From Diplonema japonicum (lineage: Eukaryota > Protista > Euglenozoa: Diplonemea): DNA of 64,000 bases. Position numbers and translations under genes: made by a program. Positions 45,715-55,412 of the stretch are shown one piece after another (position 1 is the stretch's first letter; each line of letters opens with the position of its first letter). The stretch covers positions 496,001-560,000 of the forward strand of contig OZ025673.1 of NCBI GenBank assembly GCA_964019335.1, in the 5' to 3' direction. The notes beneath the pieces are model-generated. The model worked only from the letters and a program-made list of their open reading frames with translations, was not told where the DNA came from and did not search any database.

Positions 45715-45854
45715 ACAAAGGTGTGTAATCCTTCGGTGGTTGTGTTTTCCCTCTTTCTTAGAGATGGCAGTAGGTCGCTGAGCGTTTTTATTTTCTTTCT
45801 AATGTGTTTACGTTCTTTCTGTTAGTGCACTCTAAAATACAGTCATCATCTAAA

Positions 45855-47626
45855 TCAACTGGGCTGCTGGGTAACATGCTCAGACTCTGCCCACAAGGCG
45901 AACCAGTCAGTCCTGTCACTGCCAGCTAGCGTGCGCAGAAGCTCGATGGAAGCCTTGTCATGATGGAAGAGGGCGAACTCATCCCGGAGTGCAATGGAGG
46001 CGACAGAAGAGTCATTGTGATTGAGCTGTATGAGTTGTGTGACCTCCTTTTCATCATACATTTGCAAGCTGGATCCCTACATCGGTGTACCGCTGCTCGA
46101 CCAGCTGCGCGACAGTTGTGTTACACTCGGCAGCCACCCTTTCGTACCCTGCCTTGAAGGCCGGATGCCACGCTGCGGTGTACGGTCCTGGGATGCACTC
46201 TATCAATGGTAAGAAGTCCTGTTGCGTGAGTATGATAATCACATTTTGCACATACATGGTTCAAGGCGTGTCGCTTCAGCACAGCTACAGTGCAAGATAT
46301 GTTATCAGTGCTGCCTGCCTTGAGTGCCTCGTCGCACAGCCGTGCCGCGGCAACAGCAGGGTCCTCGATGCACTGCACGACCGTAGCCATGACACTTTCA
46401 TTGTCCAGTCTATCGAACACCCCGTCGCATCCTATCACCACAATGTCGCCCTCTTCGCAGCGCACCGTTGTTACATCGGGCACCGCCACCAGACCCAGCT
46501 GCTTCTCGTTCCCATCCCCGAAAGCCCTGCTGACAGCCAGCCCGTCTATCCGCTCACCGGTCCACAGGCCCGCTTTCTCCAGTCGTTCTTTCTCTTTCCC
46601 CTCCCCAGGCTTGTGGTCGATTGTGTAGAAGATGATGCGACCAAGCCGCCTGCTCCACACCAATGCCCTGCTGTCTCCTATGTTCCCAATTTGCACGGAG
46701 TACGTGTTGGACGGGATCCCGTCGTAGCTCACCAGCGCCATGCACGCCGTGCTCCCTCCCTGCTCAGACGACTGCAGGATGATGTCGTCCACGTCAGTGC
46801 ACTGCATCACTATCTCCTCCTCTGTCATAGGCCATTCGTATTTTTCAATCTCGGCAGGGAGGATGGTGCTCACTGCCACGGCGACGTCAGAACCCCCGTG
46901 CCCGTCGCACACGAGCAGCATTCCCTTCTGCGTCATGGCGTGTGCGTCCTCCATGGTGCAGCGCCAGCCCTGCATTGCTGACAGGCCAGACACAAAGGAG
47001 CTGGTGAACATGCGGTGGATGGTTTTGCATGTGTTAGCTCGCGGCATGAAAATATCGCCGAGGCCCGCACCCGCAGGCTTCAAACTTTTGGGCGACTCCC
47101 ACTTTCCATCGACAAAAGGTGACACAGAGGCAATCTGCCGCCTGGGCGAAACGGGCTCTTCGATAAGCAGCGTGTCGGTGATAACGACTTTTGCGAGTGC
47201 CCACTGCCCACTCTTGACCATGTCCCAGGAGGGCACCTGGTGTGGGAGGCTCATTCCCTGGTGTGAAGTACTGGATGAAACAGCACCTTTGTTGAGTGGC
47301 ACCTTGGCTGGGTCGTCAGCTAGCATCCACCACCCGCTTGCTGTGCTGTACAGCACGTTGGCGCCACACCGCCATGTGGGCATCCCGTTCACGTTCTCAT
47401 GTACTTTATACATCCCGTCGTAGAGTGCCTCTTCTTCGCATGAGACCCACACGCGCGGTGGCACGTACTGCTTGCTGGGATCCATCTTGCTCTTCAGATA
47501 CCTCAGTATCCATTTCCCTGGGTTCAGCGGCCTCACCTCGCTGTGGAGCATCCTCCGCATCATTTCATCGAAGAGTTGCGGGATCTCTTTCTCCGCCAGG
47601 TACGCGACGTTTTCCTCGCTATCCAT
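45855..47626 (-). CDS. PP2C/PPM phosphatase with N-terminal RIIa/Dpy-30-like docking domain; introns 46219-46255 and 46047-46080
   Basis: MQGWRCTMEDAH, CDGHGG, NIGDSRA, DHKP, LAVSRAFGD, GCDGVFD, GSTDNIS. N-terminus YLAEKEIPQLFDEMMRRML..RPLNP. The spliced C-terminal extension stays in frame. Confidence 0.9.
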
Positions 47627-47743
47627 CACCTGCGTGCGTGCGGTGGAGCAGAGTAATAGGTGCAACGGCACATTGGATCATCATGATCATAAGAAGAAAT
47701 AGAACATGTAAGAAATGGAGAGAAGAAAAAAAAGGGAACATCG

Positions 47744-49855
47744 CTACGGTGCTGCCTTCAACCAGCACGCGACGTCGTGCAGGTCTTCGTAGAATCGCAG
47801 CGGCCGTTCCCAGACATCGGCGTCCTCAGGTTCCCTGTTGCCCATCCAGTCACGGAAGGACTCGTTCACTGTGGGGGTTGCTCTGAACGGCCGCACGTCG
47901 GTATAATCCCATTGTGCTTCGCACAGCTCATTGTACTTCTCCTCTGTAATTGACTCATCTGCGTCGGCTGTGTTTACCCACGTCAAAGGGACGAATACTC
48001 GCACAGGGAGAGCCCTGGTGTGCACGATGAGCTCCCCTTCCTTCATCTCCCAACTATGTGGGTCGCCGTTCGCACTGCACACATGGCTCACTGACATCGA
48101 GGCACCTTCCTTAGGCCGTAGCAGCACGCATTCCGTTCCGTAGGTATGTTCGCCAACAGGTTCCCACTCGCACGTCACTTCGCGCCCCGTCTCACGTGCT
48201 ATAACTGCTGGTCCCATGCCCTCCCACAACATCGTCCACTGCTCGAAGATGTATTGCAGATGCAGCACGATTGCATACACACAGCCAACTCTGAAGTCAT
48301 ACTCGAGCTGCGCATACTTAAAGGGCACTGCCCCCGCCAGCGACGCTTGTGCATAATACGCCTCTAGACAGTCCTTTGCAGGGAGGGGCTCTTCATCCTT
48401 CAGCCAGCAAGAGTACCAGGCATATGCCAACTCACCGGCAGGGTGCGAGGTACTCCACTCTGCAAAATCATAGAAAATTATCTCGTTTCCGTGCATGAAG
48501 GAGTTCCACAAGTGACAGTCGCCTCTGCAAACAGTGCGCACCTCCGACATCCTGCCCACGTAGGCAGGGAGGTTTTGGAAAAGTTTGTCGTACTCACGCA
48601 AGTAGGCTTCAGGCACCTTCTGGAACCTTACAAATCTGGCGAGTCCATGCCGCAGCTTTGCGACAACGCTCTCCGTGAGCGGCCCCTTCCAATGGGGTGC
48701 CCCTGCGAAAGGACCGAAGGTCCACACAGCATGTGGCCTGCCGCTATTCACAAGTAAGTCAGGCTCTAGCGGGTAATTTGGCCACCACTGAGGCACCTTG
48801 TGAGGCTTCTGTGCGAAGAACACCGAGTGCAGTCTTGCCAACGCCGTGTACATGACCTCCCAGTCGGAGGATTGCGTGCCGCGCACGTCGTGCATTGTCA
48901 TGTTCTCGAGGAGAACATTCCCGTGTTTGTCTTTGCAACCACCCCAGTACATCACGGGAACACGCACTGCGCCCTTCAGGAGCGGCGCCACCTCACGGTA
49001 GAACCATATCTCCCTCGCCGCAACTCCCACATCCTCCGACCAGTCGCTGGGGCCGCACGCCTTCAGGATGAGGCTCTCAGGGACGTGCTCCTTGGAGTGT
49101 GTCTGGATGCTGTAGACGGTGCTTTGTGCACCTTGTTCTGCAATGGGGAAGAAGTCGATGTCCATCTTGAGAGGGCTGCCGGCGAAGGAGCCTACCCTTC
49201 GCGATGGTGAGAAAGAAGAGGCCCGCCTGAGGTAGACCTCGTCGAACACGGTGCTGGTGGTGCGGGACCGCAAGGGGGATGTGTGGCTGGGTTCGGTGTC
49301 GACGCTGATGTGTGTGAGGTTGGTACGCAGACCGCTCTGCTTGAGGACGTCTGAGACCCAGCCGGCGGTGATGTCGGCGGGAATAATAACAACTGGGATG
49401 TCGGTGTCGGCGATGACCTCGGACAAGGTGTCCACGTTGGTGGCTGCGAAGGAGGTGTCCGTCCATGCGCCACGATGCTCCCTCTTCGAAGCGACGGTCT
49501 TGCAGGGAGGTATGACAACGCCTTTGATAGTGCAGTGGTCCTGCGAAAAGTGGTCGGCAAGGAACCTGAGAGGCTCCTCAGGACGCACCTCAAGGAGGCA
49601 GCGCAGGGCAGTGTCGATGGTGCCTCGAAGAGCAACGCGCTCCATGTAGCCCTGTGCCGTCTCGCCCTCAAGATGGGGACTGCACGGCGGCTCCATGATC
49701 TGGGAGTCGGGTGAATGAGATGCAAGTTCAAAGAAGGCCGAGAGGAAAGACCGCACGCCAGGAGGCCGGTGGCGGGTGAGGTGTTGGACAGCAGTGTTCA
49801 TAAAGGTGTGCACATCATGGGAACGGAGATACTCGCAGTGGGGGTGCATCGCCAT
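47744..49855 (-). CDS. Ecdysteroid-kinase/APH-like small-molecule kinase with two N-terminal RIIa/Dpy-30-like domains
   Basis: REIWFYRE, LLENM, LARLHS, CRGDCHLWN, FYDF motifs; N-terminal YL..H.V...RPP.V..FL and LLEVRPEEPLRFLADHF. Confidence 0.8.
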   Translation of the reverse strand: MAMHPHCEYLRSHDVHTFMNTAVQHLTRHRPPGVRSFLSAFFELASHSPDSQIMEPPCSPHLEGETAQGYMERVALRGTIDTALRCLLEVRPEEPLRFLADHFSQDHCTIKGVVIPPCKTVASKREHRGAWTDTSFAATNVDTLSEVIADTDIPVVIIPADITAGWVSDVLKQSGLRTNLTHISVDTEPSHTSPLRSRTTSTVFDEVYLRRASSFSPSRRVGSFAGSPLKMDIDFFPIAEQGAQSTVYSIQTHSKEHVPESLILKACGPSDWSEDVGVAAREIWFYREVAPLLKGAVRVPVMYWGGCKDKHGNVLLENMTMHDVRGTQSSDWEVMYTALARLHSVFFAQKPHKVPQWWPNYPLEPDLLVNSGRPHAVWTFGPFAGAPHWKGPLTESVVAKLRHGLARFVRFQKVPEAYLREYDKLFQNLPAYVGRMSEVRTVCRGDCHLWNSFMHGNEIIFYDFAEWSTSHPAGELAYAWYSCWLKDEEPLPAKDCLEAYYAQASLAGAVPFKYAQLEYDFRVGCVYAIVLHLQYIFEQWTMLWEGMGPAVIARETGREVTCEWEPVGEHTYGTECVLLRPKEGASMSVSHVCSANGDPHSWEMKEGELIVHTRALPVRVFVPLTWVNTADADESITEEKYNELCEAQWDYTDVRPFRATPTVNESFRDWMGNREPEDADVWERPLRFYEDLHDVACWLKAAP

Positions 49856-49910
49856 ATGCTTCGTGTCCTGTTGTGACTGAAGGGGAGGAATTCTAAAGAC
49901 AAGCAAAAGG

Positions 49911-50117
49911 TCACTTTCCCATGTCCTTCCTCATCTGGTTGGTTCTGGAGTGGTGGAGGTCCATCGCATCACGATCCGCCATCTTCGCGTCTATCAGCCC
50001 CTTCCGTTCCCTCTCCAGCCCCTCCACTAGGCTCGGATACCTCATCCCCTGTAGCTTCCAGAACCCGTTGATGACAGTGGCGCCCAACATACAGCTCGTC
50101 ATCAAGTAGACAGACAT
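49911..50117 (-). CDS. Small (68 aa) protein with one hydrophobic segment, unknown function
   Basis: GC3-rich codon usage; ATG follows a CAG acceptor; same strand as its neighbours. Confidence 0.6.
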   Translation of the reverse strand: MSVYLMTSCMLGATVINGFWKLQGMRYPSLVEGLERERKGLIDAKMADRDAMDLHHSRTNQMRKDMGK

Positions 50118-50950
50118 CTGGTGCTGGTCGATCTGTGGGCGTATTTATTCTTTTTTTTTTCCGTTTTCTTTTTTTTTCTCCCTCCTCATACCAGCGAGCT
50201 GGACCCTTTCCCCTTGCGGTAGCGTCTTGCAAATGGTTGCAGCATTTTGATTAGCGATTCCATCTTTCCTCCCTCCCCCCCCCACCTTTTTGTTTGTTGT
50301 CATTGTGGAGCCCCCCACCCATAGCATAGACATGCTGTGTGGATTTCCTGTCCTTGCAGGGCGCTGTTCTGAAGATGCGACAGTGAACAATGATGTACTA
50401 ACTCGAGTAAAATCAAAGTTTCCTGACTGGTTGGGGTTGAAGCTGGTTCACCTGTTGGCTTCGGCGAGGCTCGCAGGCATTTTGCCGCAGAATCTGCCAC
50501 CATTCTGAGGGGTTTCGCAAAGAGCATGTTGTCGACATTTGATCACTTCGTCGCTAAGGATTCAGCGCTTCCCGAAGACACCGCGAACCTGCCGGGCAGC
50601 AATGACTACATTGAGGGGTATCACGGTACTGTAAGCACTGTGTACCGCCGCCTCCCGAGCAGCAAGCATTGCCCAGAATAAGCCAACAAGGCAGCTATGA
50701 CAAGGGCAATGTGCCTCTGCTTCCTCGTTAAAATGGCAAAAAATGACCCCCGGTCAGCAAAAAAACCTCCAGAAGGGGGAAAAAATAAAGAAAACAAAAA
50801 AAAAAAGGGAAAAAAAACAACTTATACAGATCATACAAGCATGTGAGGGGGTAAGGGGGGAATGTAAGTGGAGAACAAACAGTTACCAAAAACCGCATTC
50901 AGCCTTTATTCTTTTTTTCTTCTTTTTTTTTTTTTTTTTTCTTCCTTCCC

Positions 50951-51364
50951 TCACCAACCTTCTTCACTGAGATACTCCGCAAGGCCTTCCGTAACCATAT
51001 TGCACTCACCGCCCGTCATGCCTTTGCTGTAGATACCTATCACGATGGTGGAGCCGGTGCGCGAGATGCAGCATCCTGCGGGGCCGAGTTTACCGTAAAC
51101 AAGGCCGTCGTCTAGTTGTGCTCTCAAGGTGATGTATTTAGCACCGCTGATGATGATGCCTGTGCTCTGAAAGGCGCTGGCAGCCTCCTCTTCGGGGAGT
51201 GCAAAGGAGTTGGCGATGAAGTTCATCTCAGCCTGGCTTAGGTTCGAGAGGTTCGCGCTGTACGCAAAGATGGCCCCTTCATGTCCTATTATAATACCGG
51301 CCGAGCATTTCCCGCTCCCCACCAAGATGTCGTCGACAAAAGGCTGCCATGGCCCCACTGGCAT
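50951..51364 (-). CDS. Profilin
   Basis: WQPFVDDILVGSG..AGIIIGHEGAIFA, GIIISGAKY, IVIGIY, CNMVTEGLAEYL. Confidence 0.93.
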   Translation of the reverse strand: MPVGPWQPFVDDILVGSGKCSAGIIIGHEGAIFAYSANLSNLSQAEMNFIANSFALPEEEAASAFQSTGIIISGAKYITLRAQLDDGLVYGKLGPAGCCISRTGSTIVIGIYSKGMTGGECNMVTEGLAEYLSEEGW

Positions 51365-51550
51365 CTCTCTCTATTTCTTTTCTTTTTTTTTTTTTGGTTT
51401 ATCCACCCCTCCCTCCTCCTTACCTTTGTGCTGGTTGAACGGGACAAAAAAAAAAAAAATGGGGCTTTGGTTGCAACACTATTTGGAGTTTAGTGTGCAG
51501 CGTGGTGGAGGGCCTATCTTGTGTTGTTACTCTTCTGCGTCGCTGCATTT

Positions 51551-52354
51551 TTATCGGGATTCTTCGGGTAGGTTCGAGGTAGGTCGGTATGAATTTGTTG
51601 TTCCAGTCGTCTCTCCCCGGTGAACCGGTTGCGGGTCGCTTCGTTGAGTTCGAGGATGAAGCGCACCTTGTCGCACGATGCGAATGTGGTTCTGCGGGAA
51701 TACCCTCGGAATCCGTTTGTTTGCACCAATGGATCGGAGGGAGGATGTCAAGAAGGGTTTCAAAAAAAAAAAAAAAAAAAGAAAACAAAATCATTTTTTG
51801 AACTTATCGTTCACCTGATCCCTCCAGTCTCCATACCCAACACGGGTTGATGCCCGGTTCTGTACAGTGTCCAGGTACACCCCGGACAGATTTTCACTGT
51901 TGTTAATTGTCCGTAACATGGGCCACCCAGAGATTACCTGGCCGATGTGGGCGTAGCTTGGGGTTGTTGGATAATCGACGTGATCCCTGAGGAGGATGTG
52001 GAGCGCAGAGTTAGTGACAAGGACAGAGCCCAAAGGGAGGAAGGGCGTTGTGTGGCTTTGGGGGAGATCAAAGAGTTTGGGGTTCAGTTCCACAGCACAC
52101 TTGTCCCATCGCCTCACAGCTAGCCTGGTTTCAGGCTTGCGAAACTCATCCGCATTGGGCAGTGTTGAAACAAGATCACATAGGGCCTGCCCCTCTTTGA
52201 GCTCCCGAAAAACCTCTACCCCCAGCACACCAGTCTCGCCCCTTACAGTGCTAAAGCTTAATTCTACTATCTGGTTGCGCGTGTTAACTGCCTGTGCAGG
52301 CCAACCTTTTCCAATCTTAAATGCTAACTTTCTAAAATTCCGGGGTAACACCAT
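51551..52354 (-). CDS. Divergent cyclophilin-fold protein, 2 exons (intron ~51761-51814)
   Basis: GVLGVEVFRE, HIGQVISGWPMLRTIN and FPQNHIRIVRQGAL resemble cyclophilin strands; catalytic motifs are absent and the acceptor is atypical. Confidence 0.6.
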
Positions 52355-54129
52355 GATGGGTCTTCTCTTCTTTTTTTTTTTTGTTTTTTTTTTTCCCCCA
52401 TCCACAAAATCAACCAAAAAAAAGAACGAGAAAAAAAAAAAAAAAAACCGAGAGGGATAATAATAAAAAATAAATGAATAAAAAAAAAGTTGGGGAAAAG
52501 AAACTGGGGGGGGGGGATAAAAAGAAAAAAAGGAGAGGAAATGCAAGAGAGGAAAAAAAAAGAAAACAGGGGATAAAAAAGAGGGGGGGAAGAGAGCGAG
52601 CAAAGCCCCTTATATTATACAAGGCCTAATTCTGGTAGAGAAAAATAGTAGGGATAGGGGGGGGGGGGGGGAAATATAAGGAAGCCGGCGGCGGAGTGGA
52701 GTAAAAAAAAAAAATGAAAACCCAGCTTCGGGCCTGTGTGTGTATTTCTTTTTCCGTCATTTTCGTTTGTTTTTTTTTTCTTACATTCTCTACTTCCCTC
52801 CGTTGAGTTCCTTCTATTTAGTTGCTTTTTTTTTTTAATTTATTTCATTTGTTTTTACCCTTCTTTTCAGAAAAAAAAAGAAGAGGGAGGGGAGGGGGGG
52901 GTTCAAGATCTAAAGACGAACGCGGGGCTTCCTTGTTATTTCGGTGTTTCACCAACTTTCTTTTAATGTTTCTTCTTTTTTTTTTTAAAGTTTTTTTTTC
53001 CCCTTCTTTCCTTCTTACTTCATAAAAATATAAAGAAGAAGGAAATAAAGAAAATTTTTAAAAAAAAATAAAATCTGAGAAGCCACAGCAAAAAGGAGAA
53101 AAAAAAAACTTTCGGAAAAGAAAAAAAAAGGGGGGGCACCACAAAAAGCGTAGTTGAAGGGGAAAAAAATAAAAGAATGCATGGTTTGGAAAAAAGAAAA
53201 AAAAAAAGCGCCTTTGTTTGGAGGGAGAGAAAAGAAAAACAGGACGTATGGGTCCACATAAGAGAGAAAAAAAAATTGCACTGTTTTGCCTTTTTCACAC
53301 CTTTATTTTCTTTTCTTTCCTCCTCCAGCCACAAACCTGTTGCTTCTATTAACCTTCCTTTCTCTTCTTTTCTCGTCTGCAAAAAAAAATCTTTCCCTTT
53401 TCTTCAGTATGAACACCTAGTGCCTGCGTGGAATATCGCTAAAACCAGCAAAAAGGAAAAAAAAGCGAAGAGAGAAAAAAGAAAAAAAAAACGTCTTGTA
53501 GTTTTTTTTCTTTTTTTTTTTTTCCCCTCTCCCTTTTTTTTCATTTTCTATGTAAAAAGTAGAGTTTATAAGGGGACACAAGAAGAAAGTATTTTTTTTC
53601 TTTTCTTTTTTTTTTTTTTTTTTCTTTCCCCTGGAAAAAGAATACTGAAACAAACAAACAAAAAAAAAAAAAGTTCGCCAAATGCAATCAGGGGGAACTA
53701 AACAAGAAGAGAGGCAACTAACAAAAAGGGGGGAAACAAAGCATGGCAGGTGTAATTCTTATACTTAATTTCTCCACTTATTACAGCAGGAAGCACGTGC
53801 AAAGTCGAAGTCAGTGAAAAAAGACAGGCAGAGCCCAGGCAAACAAAACGTCAATTCTTTTTTTTCTCTACTTTTTTATTTCCTTCCTTATTTCCTTTAA
53901 AGAAGGCCACCTCCATAGCTGACACACCGGAGGTGAAGGAGAGGGATCACCGCAAAGTCGAAAAGCGGAGCGACAAGAACAAGCTGAAGACAAGATACGC
54001 ATTTTGGGTAGTGCAGCACTTTATATTAAAAAATGTTTGTTAAGGTAAATAAAATAAAATAAAAGTGAATCCCATCATCAGATTCTGTGTAAGATTCGCC
54101 CTTGCTAGCAAGGGATTCAGTGCATGTAC

Positions 54130-55290
54130 CTAAATGTCATCATCATCAGCCTCCTTCGCGGCGAGGTCGTTCATCTCAGCGTCAACGTCGAACTTCTCGT
54201 ACTTCTGGTTGTTCTTCTTTGCCTCGATCTCGTTCTTGTTCTTGTGGAGGGAGTATCCGAGGACGCCGAGGCAGAGGGCCATGAGGAGCCAGAGGAGGAG
54301 GAAGACCCAGAGGGACATGCAGAGGGATCCGATCTTGAGGCCCTCGCAGCACTCTCCGTCGCTGGTGGTTCCGAAGGGTCCCCTCCCCAGCTTGAAGGTG
54401 TAGTCCCTCTCGGTCACCCCAGAGTTGTGGTTCGCCACCTCCTGCCACACGGTCTCTCCGTCCTTCCCGGGGAGAACTGTCTTCTTGCAGAGCCTGTAGA
54501 AGGTCTCCGGCTCCGTTTCCTCTCCCGTCTCCATCATGGTGATCCCGCTGAAGGTGACCTCCGACATCCCCCTGTTCGCCCCGCCGTTGTTCTCCCTCCA
54601 CCCGCTCAAGAACACTCCCTTCTTGCAGACAGCAGAGGCGTTCGCGCTCGTCCCCTCTCCCCACCCGAGCGCAACCACAGGCTCGTCAACCCCGTTCGTG
54701 AACCTGCACTCATCCGAGATCTCAGGGAACTTCGCTCCCATCTTCTCGCAGCTCGTCTCGTTCTGCACGTTGTCGTTGTAGTAGGCGGGGATCACCACGT
54801 ACTCGTCGTCAGCGTTGTTCCCGCACCCGATCAGCGTCAGCGAGAACTTCTTCTCCACCGTCGGCTCGTTCGGGAAGGTTGTGAACATGCGAGGGCCCGA
54901 GGGGTAGCACTCCTTCCGCGACGCGATCACCTCCCCGCAGTCCGCCACCTGCCCCGTCTGGTCCCTGCACACGCACGGGAACTCAGTCCTCCCTCCAGCC
55001 CCGCTCGTGCACGACCCGTACTGGCCCTCCTTCCCGCTGCACCCGAAGTAAGGGAAGTCCTTCCCAGCAGAGCACTCGCTCCCCGCTCGACCGTTGCTGC
55101 ACCTCCCCGCCCCGTCCATGAAGTACCCCTCCGCACAAGCCGCGCAAGCCTCCCCGGCCGTCGAGTTCATGTACCCCTGGTGGCACACGCAGCACCCGTC
55201 CGCTCCCACGTACGCTCGGTTCTCGTTCACAGGGCACTGTCCCTGAACCGATGCCGCCAAACACACTAAACCGAATAGCAGTTTGTTCAT
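54130..55290 (-). CDS. Cys-rich type I membrane surface protein, copy 5 of 5
   Basis: Identical protein; TAG stop; shares its proximal 3' flank with copy 2. Confidence 0.9.
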   Translation of the reverse strand: MNKLLFGLVCLAASVQGQCPVNENRAYVGADGCCVCHQGYMNSTAGEACAACAEGYFMDGAGRCSNGRAGSECSAGKDFPYFGCSGKEGQYGSCTSGAGGRTEFPCVCRDQTGQVADCGEVIASRKECYPSGPRMFTTFPNEPTVEKKFSLTLIGCGNNADDEYVVIPAYYNDNVQNETSCEKMGAKFPEISDECRFTNGVDEPVVALGWGEGTSANASAVCKKGVFLSGWRENNGGANRGMSEVTFSGITMMETGEETEPETFYRLCKKTVLPGKDGETVWQEVANHNSGVTERDYTFKLGRGPFGTTSDGECCEGLKIGSLCMSLWVFLLLWLLMALCLGVLGYSLHKNKNEIEAKKNNQKYEKFDVDAEMNDLAAKEADDDDI

Positions 55291-55412
55291 TTTAATGGTT
55301 GAGAAAACGAAAGAAGTAAAAAAAGGGAGAGAAAGGTGTGTCTGTTGAGATGCAAAAGAGAAAAAAGCAAAAAGCAGAATAGAGACAACTGAGGCCTGCT
55401 CCTGTAAAAGAG

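Noticed and set aside
50428-50440. CAACCCCAACC resembling a telomerase template
   Set aside because: Matches ciliate-type TTGGGG rather than the TTAGGG expected for euglenozoans; short enough to be chance.
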